A DNA stretch of 63,961 nucleotides, counting the filler, from Octopus bimaculoides (lineage: Eukaryota), in assembly GCF_001194135.2 (NCBI RefSeq). It is 5 parts of 5 records of this genome, joined end to end, with 100 filler letters (N's around TTAATTAATTAA, not from the genome) between each part and the next. Parts side by side here need not be neighbours in the genome. Positions count along the whole stretch, not along the records: positions 1 to 30,940 come from NC_068987.1; 4 more parts are not named here. One strand, 5' to 3'. The notes under the pieces were generated by a model. It worked only from the letters and a program-made list of their open reading frames with translations, did no database searches and had not been told where the DNA came from. The translations under genes were made by a program, and so were the position numbers. Positions 1 through 12,178 of this stretch are shown in pieces (within the stretch, counting starts at the first letter, position 1; each line of letters opens with the position of its first letter).

Positions 1-339
1 AGGATCGCGGTTTCGATTCCCAGACCGGGCGTTGTGAGTGTTTATTGAGCGAAAACCCCCAAAGCTCCATGAGGCTCCTGCAGGGGATGGTGGCGAACCC
101 TGTTGTACTCTTTCACCACAACTTTCTCTCGCTCTTACTTCCTGTTTCTGTTGTGCCTGTAATTCAACGGGCCAGCCTTGTCACACTGTGTCACGCTGAA
201 TATCCCCGAGACTACGTTAAGGGTACACGTGTCTGTGGAGTGCTCAGCCACTTGCACGTTAATTTCACGAGCAGGCTGTTCCGTTCATCGGATCAACTGG
301 AACCCTCGACGTCGTAAGCGACGGAGTGCCAACAACAAC
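1..339 (+). mobile_element. tRNA-derived SINE, family A (5' end cut by window edge)
   Basis: B-box-like GGTTTCGATTCCC, body closely similar to copies at 9589-9909 and 50709-51081, (CAA)n tail. Confidence 0.85.
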
Positions 340-489
340 TGGTGAGTAATGCCCTCTTTTAACTTTCTCTTCATTAAGGGCACGGCATGAGAAGAACATC
401 CCCACCTGAAAGTCTTTTAAGTAAATACAGTACATATTGGCTGTCGACATGCCCACTACTCACGCAGTCTTTGTAATTTGATTTTTTGA

Positions 490-495
<6 letters not shown>

Positions 496-550
<55 letters not shown>
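496..550. repeat. (TA)n microsatellite
   Basis: Direct reading. Confidence 0.95.
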
Positions 551-553
<3 letters not shown>

Positions 554-589
554 TTCTGTTTTCTTTATATACACATATATATCTTCAGG

Positions 590-1081
590 AAGATTGTTAA
601 GTCAATGAATATGGACATCTTCCAAGAATCCTTGTGGTAGTGCTATCAGGAGTCATGGATGAATCTGTCCGAGATGTCTATGGAGAAACGAAACTATCTC
701 GCTAGCCATCTTTCGGAGTTCGGGCATTACCGATTTGTGAGATTGTATTAAACAGCTGTTGTCGCATACAGGACGAACCGGGATAACATGATAATGAACA
801 TGCCACTACCTGTCGGCATGGAAGGATGGCTAATCTTCCTGTTTGATGGTTGTAGCAAAAGAAGTCATGAATTCCCCAAAGTTTGAAGTCAAGCGACCAA
901 ACTCACAAAACCTTCTTCCAATACCATTTGCAGAGAAAGAGCTGGGTAAATTGGGATGTGCTGCCTTCTAGTGAATTCAATGAAAATTGGTTGAGAGCAG
1001 CTAGAGTAGCAAGTCCATATAATCGACTTCGCATCCCATACATATCCCAGCAGTGGTATCCTTGCGCCAAAATTAGGTATC

Positions 1082-1082
<1 letters not shown>
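590..1082 (-). mobile_element. Highly decayed transposon-like sequence, possibly LINE endonuclease (RTE-like)
   Basis: Complex non-repetitive sequence with only weak motif resemblance (e.g. WHVHYHVI) and many stops. Confidence 0.2.
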
Positions 1083-1084
<2 letters not shown>

Positions 1085-1120
<36 letters not shown>

Positions 1121-1420
1121 GTTCAGTAGTTTTATTTTTATAACGTGCTTTCACTTCACTACCGAGCGCAGCTCTGTGCGCCTTGGGTATGTGCTGTGGT
1201 GCTCTTATGTTTACTGTATTGAAAGTGTTTTGCGTAGAATGTGTGCAGTACCCAGTAGTGCAATTTTCTGTATGTTATATATATTTGTAAGTCCTGGTGT
1301 TTTTGTTATGTATTTGTCTGAATATTTTTTATTATACCTAAGGCACCTACTATGATAGGAATTGTTTCTGTTTTTAGATTCCACATTCGAGTTATCTCTA
1401 TTTCCAGGTCTTTGTATTTT
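1085..1420 (-). mobile_element. 3' end of R4/Dong-like RLE-type non-LTR retrotransposon ending in (TAA)n
   Basis: Minus strand KYKDLEIEITRMWNLKTETIPIIVGALGII, then after a 1-nt frameshift in the T-run 1325-1330 KYSDKYITKTPGLTNIYNIQKIALLGTAHILRKTLSIQ* (stop 1211-1213), short 3' UTR, (AAT)n 1085-1120; 5' part lost in gap. Confidence 0.85.
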
Positions 1421-2089
1421 NNNNNNNNNNNNNNNNNNNNNNNNNNNNNNNNNNNNNNNNNNNNNNNNNNNNNNNNNNNNNNNNNNNNNNNNNNNNNNNN
1501 NNNNNNNNNNNNNNNNNNNNNNNNNNNNNNNNNNNNNNNNNNNNNNNNNNNNNNNNNNNNNNNNNNNNNNNNNNNNNNNNNNNNNNNNNNNNNNNNNNNN
1601 NNNNNNNNNNNNNNNNNNNNNNNNNNNNNNNNNNNNNNNNNNNNNNNNNNNNNNNNNNNNNNNNNNNNNNNNNNNNNNNNNNNNNNNNNNNNNNNNNNNN
1701 NNNNNNNNNNNNNNNNNNNNNNNNNNNNNNNNNNNNNNNNNNNNNNNNNNNNNNNNNNNNNNNNNNNNNNNNNNNNNNNNNNNNNNNNNNNNNNNNNNNN
1801 NNNNNNNNNNNNNNNNNNNNNNNNNNNNNNNNNNNNNNNNNNNNNNNNNNNNNNNNNNNNNNNNNNNNNNNNNNNNNNNNNNNNNNNNNNNNNNNNNNNN
1901 NNNNNNNNNNNNNNNNNNNNNNNNNNNNNNNNNNNNNNNNNNNNNNNNNNNNNNNNNNNNNNNNNNNNGACTGAGAAAAATGTTCTCAATTTCCCACCTT
2001 CTCTGCTGTAAGAGTGACTGAGGGCATTATTATTATTGCTGTTGCTTTTGCTGCTGTTAGTTACCTTTATTTTTGGCATTGTTGTTTAT

Positions 2090-2095
<6 letters not shown>

Positions 2096-2140
<45 letters not shown>

Positions 2141-2150
2141 TGTGTGTGTA
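2096..2150. repeat. (TG)n microsatellite
   Basis: Direct reading. Confidence 0.95.
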
Positions 2151-2680
2151 CCGATTTTAGATTTATGATAATTTGGTGTCAAGAAGTTTTTTTTTACTTT
2201 AGAGACCTAAATTTTGAGACCCAACGTTATCTTTCAATAAGCATTATCCCCCCTCGTAATTTAAAACGAAAATATGGTCAATATTTTGCTTTGGGATAGA
2301 ATGTGACTCTAACATAGGTACTTAGAATCGAAATGCCTTCTACTCATATCCGAACGGTTATGAATCTGGAAGATTAAAATCTGGGTGTTTGTTTTGTCAT
2401 CGTTTTGAAGTGTTTCTGATTATTCCTTTCTTGAAACCAATCTTTTTACGTTCCCGGCCTGCTTTTTTTATGCATCATATTTACATAACGAATTCTCTTT
2501 TCAATACTGGACTAAATGATATTACTTAATCGATATTTATCAGTTTTGGGTATAAGTATTCTGAAATAGTATGATAAGTTACATGGTGAACAGGGCTGGA
2601 AGCTTTGAGAACAGAGCTTTACGTTTCAATTCAAAAGGTCATCAAATTCTTCAAGTACCGTATAAAGTTGAAAAGAAAAA

Positions 2681-2682
<2 letters not shown>

Positions 2683-2735
<53 letters not shown>

Positions 2736-2760
2736 AAGAAAGAAAGAAAGAAAGAAAAAG
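2683..2760. repeat. (AG)n/(AAAG)n microsatellite
   Basis: Direct reading. Confidence 0.9.
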
Positions 2761-2984
2761 GGAAAAAGAAGATATAATGAAAAGAGAAGTGCTGCCCTGC
2801 TCTAAATTTTATACTAAATGAATGAGAAACGAAATGGAACCGCTTTTAAACAATATCCATCGACATGATTTTTCTTTCTATTAGCCTTCCAGAATATTCA
2901 CTGGATGTTCAATCAAATTTTCGATTATTCTCTCTTACTTTCTCTCACGATCTCCCTCTCACTCCTCCTCTATCACTCTGTTTA

Positions 2985-3015
<31 letters not shown>

Positions 3016-3269
3016 GGCACCGGTGTCAAATATAACCAACTACGCCGAATCATATCATTGTTAGAGTATCTGCTTAAGTGGGGGGGGGTGTCAAGATATT
3101 GATCATGCCACTGTCTACTGGTCCCTTTCCTGATACAATATTGGCTGGCGGTCAGTATAAATGTGATATTTGATAATTTTGCCACTCAGTCGACTTGAAA
3201 GTCAATGCTGACTTTCAAACCTTCTACGATAAATATTAATTAGCTAGTCAATCCATTATCTTTAACAAT

Positions 3270-3490
3270 GACGTGTTGTGCCTGCTTATCTTTCGATAAA
3301 TTTCACCCGCTTTGTTTTATTCGTGGAACATCGTGCAGTGAGAATTGCAGACGACAACTGGGCAATAGTGATAAGCGAGACATGGTTTGCATATAGCATC
3401 ACACGTGAGACGGAGCTGAATATTGATTCAAAGGAACTGCTCAGATGCATTGCAGACCAGAATCTCTTGAATTTAAAGTAACGACCAGAA
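3270..3490 (+). pseudogene. Possible decayed APE endonuclease fragment of a CR1/L2-type LINE
   Basis: AIVISETWF...ELNID..ELLRC resembles the APE ETW motif and the following G-Y-x-L-x-R-x-D-R region. Confidence 0.3.
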
Positions 3491-3882
3491 ATTCAGACCT
3501 GTGATAGAGACTAACTATAATCATCTACGTTAGTCGTTTTATTAGTGCTCCAGCTTTACAAAGCTAATATAAGATGTACTGAATCTTGTGACTCAAAAGA
3601 GGATGAGCAGAGTCACTAAATTTATTATCGGCGCCATGTGGCGTTGGTAATCTTCACAATCATATACATGCTTAGCTGCATTCGATGGTTAAGACAACTT
3701 TTGCGATTCCTTCCAGCATTTGAGCTTCACATTGAATGCATCTTGAATGCTTTTCATTTCATTTAGAATGTACTGTACTTTCAAATTTTATTACTTTCAA
3801 AATGATGTAATGTTTTCATTAATCAATTAAATGAAGCCGCTTGAAGCGACCGTAATGAATCGACACCTGTACATCTTTGCTA

Positions 3883-3931
<49 letters not shown>

Positions 3932-5594
3932 CACACATATAAATACATGTAGATGCATGTATGTATATATGGATGGATGTATATATATATATAGATGTAT
4001 GTATACACGTATGTATGTATGTGTGTAGATAAATAAATAGATAGATATATGTACATGCATACAAAGAGTCAAAAATACACCTGGGGTTGTGTGGGCGTTT
4101 GTATGTCATACGGAGATATGGGTAATCGCACTTCATGAGAGAAGCGCACAATGCGAATGATGTGAACATAAATTAAGACACAAGAGAAAACGGTGATATG
4201 AGGAAAAATGAGAAGATTGATAGGTGAAGGTGTATAATAATGCGTACAATTTGCTAGTGAATCTGCTGAAAAAAATAATAATAAAAAGAGAAAACAACAA
4301 AATCGACTGGTATCGGAAAGAAGTTTAATGACTAGATAAAAAAAGAAGAGAACTATTTATAGCGTCATATGACGAACATGCCATGCTTGCATTGGATCCA
4401 TTATTTGGTAAAAGATCGACAGATAGCTGATACGCTGCGGGAAGACAAGAAAAGATGAATATATATATATATTAAAAGAAAACTTAGAGACAAAGAACGT
4501 ACTTTGAGCGAATATGTATGTTCATAATATTCTTAAAAAAAAAAAAATCTTTTTTCCACTTTTAAATAACATTTCTTGGTGCTATCATTGATTTCTTTCT
4601 CAGTTGTATGAGCAATGCACATTGCACCACCTATAGTTCGGTTTTGAAACGTTCACAGTATTTTCGAACTTTTCTTATTTCTTTCTATCTCTATTTCTCA
4701 CCTTCTAGTGTCTCCCTCTGTCTGCTAACCCCCTTCTGTTTCCAACAATTCCAATAGATTTCGGTTGTACTGTAATTCCCTTTAACGAAACATCAAATGT
4801 CAGAACTTGATATTCATCAGCAAATCTTAAACGAGCATGTTTAATATTGTGAAGATTTCACAGAAACTGTGATATTTAAAAAATACAATAGATTCTTTTG
4901 ATAAATTTTACAAATGTTCTACATACATACGGATATACATCTACGCACATATACACATGCTAACGTTTAATTAGTAAAGACGGCGAACTCAGATTAATAA
5001 GATTTTGAAAAAAAATTGCCCTTTATCTTTCATATACATCACGTTTATCTTTATCTTTTATATACATCACTTTTATCTTTCATATACATGACAAATTACT
5101 TTACAAAATCTATTTTCGCTCTCTATTATAGCCAATGATTAGGTGCTATCAGAGGTTAGGGTAAATTTACCTTATTGTAGAACCAATTGCGTACTTGGAA
5201 CGAGTATCTTGTTTTTGATCATTCATTTCTATCATTCATTTCTATCATTCAGATTAATTAAAACAGGAAAAAGAGCGTGTCAATATTTTGTATATATACC
5301 TTTCTTGTACTGGGGAATATGAATCATAAACATCCGAACGCCATTTATGACCACTCAACGTGTAAATTAAATAGTGACGATGTTAAGCAATACCACATTT
5401 TCACTTGTAGGAGAGGAGTCGGCCGATATCCAATTCCGTCCTACACGCGAGAGAAGGAGATCGACACAATTCCACAACTCAACATCGCTCGAACACTTTA
5501 CGAGTGTGTAACTCAATTCATGGAGAAACGTTGACTCTTTTACTATATAAAGGCTGAAAAACGCCTATGAAAATATCCACGTGTAACATACATA

Positions 5595-5880
5595 CTGGTA
5601 TTCCGTCGATTACCTGAGTTCCAGCCTGCTTGTAAAATTAACGTGCAAGTGGCTGAGCACTCCACAGACACGTGTAGTCTTAACGTAGTTCTCAGGGAGA
5701 TTCAGCATGACACTGAGTGTGACAAGAATTAGCGTTTGCAATACAGGTTGAACTCAATTTTGCCAGCTGGAGCAAGTGAAATAAAGTGTTTTGCTCAAAG
5801 ACACAACATGCCATCGGGAATCGAACTCAAGATCTTGCGAACGTGAGCCGACTACCCTAAACAATAAGCCACGCGCCTTC
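5595..5880 (-). mobile_element. tRNA-derived SINE: CORE-like box plus family-A central domain
   Basis: Minus strand tRNA-like head, TTGAGCAAAACACTTTATTTCAC box, then the TGTCA(C/T)GCTGAATCTCCC...GCAGGCTG domain shared with family A. Confidence 0.75.
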
Positions 5881-6170
5881 ATTCACACGCTCACATACAC
5901 ATACACCTACATACATACATACATACACACGCACATACACACACATACATACATACATACGTACATACATACATATACACCTACATACATACATACATAC
6001 ATACATATACACATACATACATACATACATACATACACACATACATACATACATACATACATACACACATACATACATACATACATACATATACACATAC
6101 ATACACAGACATATACACATACATACACAGACATTCTGTGTGTGTGCGTGTGTGTGTGTGTGTGTGCGTG
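5881..6170. repeat. (CATA)n/(CA)n then (TG)n compound microsatellite
   Basis: Direct reading. Confidence 0.9.
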
Positions 6171-7254
6171 CAGGGGGCGGTTGGTAAATTACTAAGCTTT
6201 GTGTGAGATCTCGCGAATCTGCGGCTGAAAAATCCACCTGTCATCTTGCCATTTTCTTGATATGTAATAATGGATTCTAGAGAGTTGTACACATTTTGAA
6301 AATGAACATATCCCTACAATCCAATAACATATGGGGCGACACATTGCTTCATTAATTAGAAGGCATCATCGTCAGACAAAAGGAAGCAATGAACATCATA
6401 ATGAAATATACGTAAACACACATATACAAATATCATATATATGTATGTATAGGTATTTGTATGAGATTACTTTCTCACCTCATATGGAGTTGTCTCAAAT
6501 GGCATGTGAAAATTCCCACATATCCTCTAGAATCGGAGATGTTCTTAATTATTCAAGAATGCGCGTGTGTGTGTGCTTGATTGCATTCTAGTCTAATTTA
6601 TTATTCAAATATGTGTTACTGATGCGATGCAATTTGACTTTTACTTTGAATTGTACTTTCTTGTAATTATTAAAACGCTGAAGGGTTCAACAAAAGGATT
6701 ATTCATATTAGATCATTGCTCCTTTTCTGTCGTTCATAATAATGTGATAAACGTTTGCTGATTCTGTATACTTGATTTATGTCACAATTTTGATCTGGGA
6801 TTTATTTTAGTATCAAAGATATGGCTAATTGAATTTACGTTATCTTGAAAGCTAATGAATCCCCCTTGTTTCAAGTACTAGTCATTCAATTAAATACTAC
6901 AATATCCTAAAAGTTATGGTCCCTCATGTATAGTTGTCACTAGTATTCTGCAATGAAATTTGTAAAGTAATGAATCACATTTTCTTTACAGCATTATAAT
7001 AGATTATCAAAGAGAAACTGAACCATCACTGCAGAAATTAATTCATGTATACTCAAAATTAGAAAGCACATTGTTGAATTTATTGCAAAAGTTAAAATCA
7101 TTAACAACAGTCGCTTACGTATAACAAATGGCGCCGAGGTTTCAATGAAAATATCGTTTAGCTGACGATCAAGGTTTTTTTCAAGGCTCTTAGGATGTAA
7201 AGCTTCATGCATCTTTAAAACTGAATTATTATGAGAGTTTATAATCATCATATT

Positions 7255-7399
7255 CAACTGGTACTTATTTTATCGATCTCGAAAAGATGAAAGGCAAAGT
7301 TGTCCTCGGCATAATTTGAAGTGAAGAATGTAAAGAAGGGACGAAATGCCGCCAAGCATTTAACCCGTCGTACTAACGATTCTGCATGCTCACCGCCAT
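7255..7399 (-). mobile_element. SINE family M (Meta-domain-like core), decayed
   Basis: Similar to 17242-17485, including the TTTCATC.TTT.G.G.TCGATAAAATAAGTACC core. Confidence 0.7.
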
Positions 7400-8119
7400 A
7401 TGTAATAATATAATATTAAAAACACGTATACTTCCAAATCGTACATCTAGTGTTGCATTTTTCAATGCTTCGATATTATATTCAATCATTTAGATACCCA
7501 TTGTGTTTCGTGAATTGTAATTCGAATATCATACCAAGTTTTCAAGACGATTAAATGTTTTACTACCAAATATCAAAATATGACCAAAGATTTTCTTTTT
7601 GCTCTTTAAACTATGTGTTTTAGTTACCAAAAGAATAGTCTACTAAAGATTATCGCTGCAGAAGATACAGTGAGACTAATGTTTACATTGCGGAATCCGA
7701 TAGTTTTTATGTACCTAGTTTTCAGAATTTTCTGTCAGAAACTTATTGCTCGATCTTAGATATTTGCATATTCCTCATCCTTTTGATAAGTAAGCGCATT
7801 ATTGTAGGAACATAATTAGCATACATATGCACTAATAAAAGCTCGTATGTTCCTCTATTTAAATCATATATTATGATGCCACTGAAAACTACCTTTTATT
7901 GCATTGATTCAAGAAGTTTTCTGTATCTTTGTCAACTCCATTACATTACTAGCTTTAGCTTTGGCTAAGATTTAGGAACATTTCTTCATTCATATATTGC
8001 CTTTTCTCCAATACATAATCTGAGCCAATATGCATTGCATTAGCTCCTTTGAGACAGAGACACTTTGTACAATTTAGATAAGAATCGAATATACCAACCG
8101 TATTAACTGATAGCCTAGG

Positions 8120-8160
<41 letters not shown>

Positions 8161-8185
8161 GTAGTAGTAGTAGTAGTAGTAGTAG
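8120..8185. repeat. (CTA)n immediately followed by its complement (TAG)n: palindromic microsatellite
   Basis: (TAC)~13, TT spacer, (GTA)~8. Confidence 0.95.
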
Positions 8186-9049
8186 AATACTTGTTGCAGC
8201 AGCAGTGGTAGTAATAGAAACAGAGAAAAAAATATGACGAGGAAATGTGAAAAAAGATGAAAAAATCGACTTAACATGTGTTGGAATTATCGACAGATAC
8301 ATGTGTAGGAATTATCGATAGATATATTCAAGCAAGTTCTGAATGCAAAAAGTAATGCTTCAAAGAGAAGGTATAATTGGTTTGGCTTCGAATGCAAAAG
8401 GACAGCGTCGTGATCCAATAAAGCTGCAATTTGCACATGGTTTGTATTTTAGATCTAATTACCCTTGTTGAAAACACATTCTATGAATGAGATGAAAGAA
8501 AACACATAGAAAATAGTCTCTTCCTTCCAAACAATGAATACAGAAAGAAAAGAAATATAAAATATTTCCCTCCTAGGAGATAACTTCTATTAGATTTGTA
8601 AGTAATTTAAATCACAGAATACTTATTACGTGATACGTCGCTTAAATGGATAAATCTCGCAACTAGCAAAAAGGTGTAATTGGCCCCGGACATGGACGGG
8701 AAATAGAAAAAATATAAACGAAGACTTAAAAAGAAAAGAATAAAAGAAATCGAAAGAACTAAATGTATAAGTTGTTATACCTGCGTATCTATGTATATCT
8801 GTCTGAATCTGTGTGTATCTCTGTGTGCATACATGTGTATGGGTTCAGTGTCTTTAAATTTGTGCTTGAAGTTCAACTAAATTATAATTTTTCTGTTCCT
8901 TTGAGGTCTATATTAGCTTTCTGGAAACTAGTGAAAGAAAAAAAAAAAGAAGGTATATGTATGAATATATTTCTAAAATGTTTCAAGTCTTTCTTGAAAA
9001 CAGACACAAGGGCGCGCGCCCACACACACGCACACACAATATATATCTA

Positions 9050-9088
<39 letters not shown>

Positions 9089-9153
9089 TTTTTTCAGAAT
9101 GAGATAAAAAAAAACGAAGGCTGAGAAGATTTTAGAATATCTATTAATAGAAG

Positions 9154-9201
9154 GTCTTACAGCTGTTCCCGGGATATTTTGTATATCTCTGCATCGGAAA
9201 C
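9154..9201 (-). ncRNA. Degenerate minimal hammerhead ribozyme
   Basis: CCGATGC-AGAGATAT-ACAAA-ATATCCC-G-GGAA-CAGCTG-TA-AGAC; core substitutions relative to 42408-42455. Confidence 0.45.
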
Positions 9202-9443
9202 GGTGTGAGAAAATAGTTCGGTAATAGTTAATTTAGATCAGATATGAAATAGAGAGTGAAGTGGAGGAATAAAAACAGATGTGAGATATGCAGGGATATT
9301 GCAGTTGTAGATCCATTATTTAGGCAGAATGGTATACATATAATATTCCAATACCTTGTGAGTAAATTCCAATAGTATTTAAAATTGGTCGTTCCAAGTA
9401 TAGAGTTTGTACATAGTGCTATTGAATCGAGGGTTTATTTAAA

Positions 9444-9491
9444 GTGACCGATGAAGGGGTGTAAAAAATATCCCAGAAACACCTGCAAGAT
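9444..9491 (+). ncRNA. Degenerate minimal hammerhead ribozyme
   Basis: CCGATGA-AGGGGTGT-AAAAA-ATATCCC-A-GAAA-CACCTG-CA-AGAT. Confidence 0.45.
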
Positions 9492-9588
9492 CGTCTATTT
9501 ATTAATGTTCTAAAATCTTCACAGCCTCGGATTTTTATCTCATTCTTAAAAAAAATTTTTTTATATATACACATGCTGACATATGACC

Positions 9589-9909
9589 GTAGAGGTGCAA
9601 TGGCCCAGTGGTTAGAGCAGCGGACTCGCGGTCGTAGGATCGCGGTTTCGATTCCCCTACTGGGCGTTGTGAATGTTTATTGAGCGAAAATACCTAAAGT
9701 TCCACAAGGTTCCGGCAGGGGATGGTGGCGAACCCTACTGTACTCTTTCACCACAACTTTCTCTCACTCTTTCTTCCTGTTTCTGTGGTACCTATATTTC
9801 CTTTTCACAATCTGTGTCACGCTGAATCTCCCCGAGAACTACGTTAAGGGTACACGTGTCTGTCGAGTGCTCAGCCACTTGCACGTTAATTTCACGATGG
9901 AGTGCCAAC
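9589..9909 (+). mobile_element. SINE family A with ~50-bp internal 3' deletion
   Basis: Complete tRNA-like head GGCCCAGTGGTTAGAGC...GGTTTCGATTCCC; lacks the GCAGGCTG...GTCGTAACCGAC segment present in other copies. Confidence 0.85.
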
Positions 9910-10751
9910 CACGATGTATGACCTACGTTGGACACGTTATTCGCATAATCACCGAACTTGGAGGTTAACTATGGTTTGTCCATAGCACTTACTCAGCATT
10001 ACCTGACACCTTTGGGTCTTATATATACGCGCGCACGCACACACACGTAAAGGACTCCGCGCTTGCTCGTTGAGTGAATAATATAATTAAGTTAATAAAT
10101 GCTGCATATGTAAATCTATTTAACTTCTGGGAGGAGTGGGAAATTTTCAATCATCGAAAATGTATTTCTACGTTTAAATTTCTGTGTGACTGAAGAACAA
10201 ACGCTGGAATTGGCTAGGCCTTGAAAGAGAGAATTATGTAGGTATTAAAAGAAGTGAAAACAACATCCAGAAATGAATAGAACTAATAAAAAACTAATGA
10301 AAGAGAAATATTGATACATTAAATGTTGGCAATGAAGTCTTGTCAGGGGATGTTTGCTAGAAAATGTTTAATGTATTCAAGATCTAGCAGCGTGAATATT
10401 GATTAAATTATTGGCTTATTTCCATTGATTGGATATAGATATTTTTAACAATATGGTGAATTGCACTACGGGCTTAAGGAAGTTAAAATGATATTAAAAT
10501 GGTAAATTACATTGTTGCTTTTGAATAGCTTGAAATGGTATTCCACAAACATTACCAATACAGGCAATACTTTTCACTCTACTATAGCCACTTTTGTAAA
10601 GATACTAGCTTATTCTAACGTACATAAGATGAAAAAGTAGCATAAAACATTATTACTTATTTATTCAACATTTTGTTTCACAACTGTAATTTCGTTTCGC
10701 GTTTACATGTGATAAAAACAACAGGAAAAATACTGGTTTTAAATTTTATCA

Positions 10752-10915
10752 GAAGGCCAACAATTTCGGGGACGGGGGAAAGTCGATTACATCGACGCCA
10801 ATGCTCAGCCGGTACTTATTTTATCGATCCTGGAATTTGAAATCAACTCGTAAAGACGACCGAAATACCGTAAGCATTTTATCTGGTGTGCTAACGATTC
10901 TGCCGGCTCGTTGCT
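10752..10915 (-). mobile_element. SINE family M, decayed and internally deleted
   Basis: GTCGATTACATCGAC, GGTACTTATTTTATCGA, GCTAACGATTCTGCC. Confidence 0.7.
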
Positions 10916-11024
10916 TTACTATAACAAAAATATTGTGAGAGAGAAGATAGCATTTTTACATTTATAAGAAATGCGTAATGACTTAATAAACCTGGTATGT
11001 AAAGCTTGCGTCTGAATGCTTGCT

Positions 11025-11062
<38 letters not shown>

Positions 11063-11454
11063 TGTAACTTCATGGAAGAACATCTGTAACGTGGTCAGAA
11101 AACCAGAAATATAGTTGGGAAGCAGTCAGTGTTTGGCTCAATACTTTTGTATTTTGATAACGCATTTAACATTTCTTGATAGGAGAATGTATTTCACTTC
11201 GATATTGCATCTGGTTTGCAAGATCCTTTATGTGAATTCGTGTGATGAAACAAATTTTGTTGTGTCTAGGGTGAGTCATTATGCCAACATTTATAATACA
11301 TGCACTGGTTCAATTCCACCCCTTTATCATTAGTCAAATGGTTAAATATGCAACTAACTAATCGATTGTTTGTTTAACTGGGTTAAACAATAAGTCATTT
11401 GTTTTGTTTTTGCTCGTTTATTTTTATTTTGTCAATGCGTTTTTTGTCAATGCT

Positions 11455-12178
11455 CGTTTGTTACTATTTACAACGTCTTCAATGACCTCTCTCTTAGTCC
11501 GTTTGTTACTATTTACAACGTCTTCAATGACCTCTCTCTTAGTCCGTTTGTTACTATTTACAACGTCTTCAATGACCTCTCTNNNNNNNNNNNNNNNNNN
11601 NNNNNNNNNNNNNNNNNNNNNNNNNNNNNNNNNNNNNNNNNNNNNNNNNNNNNNNNNNNNNNNNNNNNNNNNNNNNNNNNNNNNNNNNNNNNNNNNNNNN
11701 NNNNNNNNNNNNNNNNNNNNNNNNNNNNNNNNNNNNNNNNNNNNNNNNNNNNNNNNNNNNNNNNNNNNNNNNNNNNNNNNNNNNNNNNNNNNNNNNNNNN
11801 NNNNNNNNNNNNNNNNNNNNNNNNNNNNNNNNNNNNNNNNNNNNNNNNNNNNNNNNNNNNNNNNNNNNNNNNNNNNNNNNNNNNNNNNNNNNNNNNNNNN
11901 NNNNNNNNNNNNNNNNNNNNNNNNNNNNNNNNNNNNNNNNNNNNNNNNNNNNNNNNNNNNNNNNNNNNNNNNNNNNNNNNNCCTCTCTCTTAGTCCGTTT
12001 GTTACTATTTACAACGTCTTCAATGACCTCTCTCTTAGTCCGTTTGTTACTATTTACAACGTCTTCAATGACCTCTCTCTTAGTCCGTTTGTTACTATTT
12101 ACAACATCTTCAATGACCTCTCTCTTAGTCCGTTTGTTACTATTTACAACGTCTTCAATGACCTCTCTCTTAGTCCGT
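11455..12178. repeat. 45-bp minisatellite (about 16 units if the gap is filled with repeats)
   Basis: Unit CGTTTGTTACTATTTACAACGTCTTCAATGACCTCTCTCTTAGTC; ~2.8 units before gap 11583-11981 and 4 full units after; unit starts 11455 and 11996 are 541 bp apart (12x45+1). Confidence 0.95.

Larger units (their letters stand above)
9088..9556. mobile_element. Penelope-like element remnant with inverted pseudo-LTRs
   Basis: 9088-9201 is the reverse complement of 9444-9556; both arms and the middle resemble 42150-42520; each arm holds a decayed hammerhead motif. Confidence 0.7.

Noticed and set aside
4363-4374. 12-bp palindrome CGTCATATGACG
   Set aside because: Isolated and expected by chance at this window size
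7185-7225. MHEALHPKS peptide resembling R4/RTE LHPKADVDRL
   Set aside because: Too short, with no flanking similarity
9589-9665. tRNA gene (also at 51010-51081, 60630-60700 and other heads)
   Set aside because: Only A/B-box heads without a closed acceptor stem, continuing directly into SINE bodies
11182-11270. Candidate exon ending in GTGAGT
   Set aside because: Weak acceptor and an unrecognisable peptide
11455-12178. CRISPR-like array
   Set aside because: Units are contiguous with no unique spacers, there are no cas genes, and the context is eukaryotic
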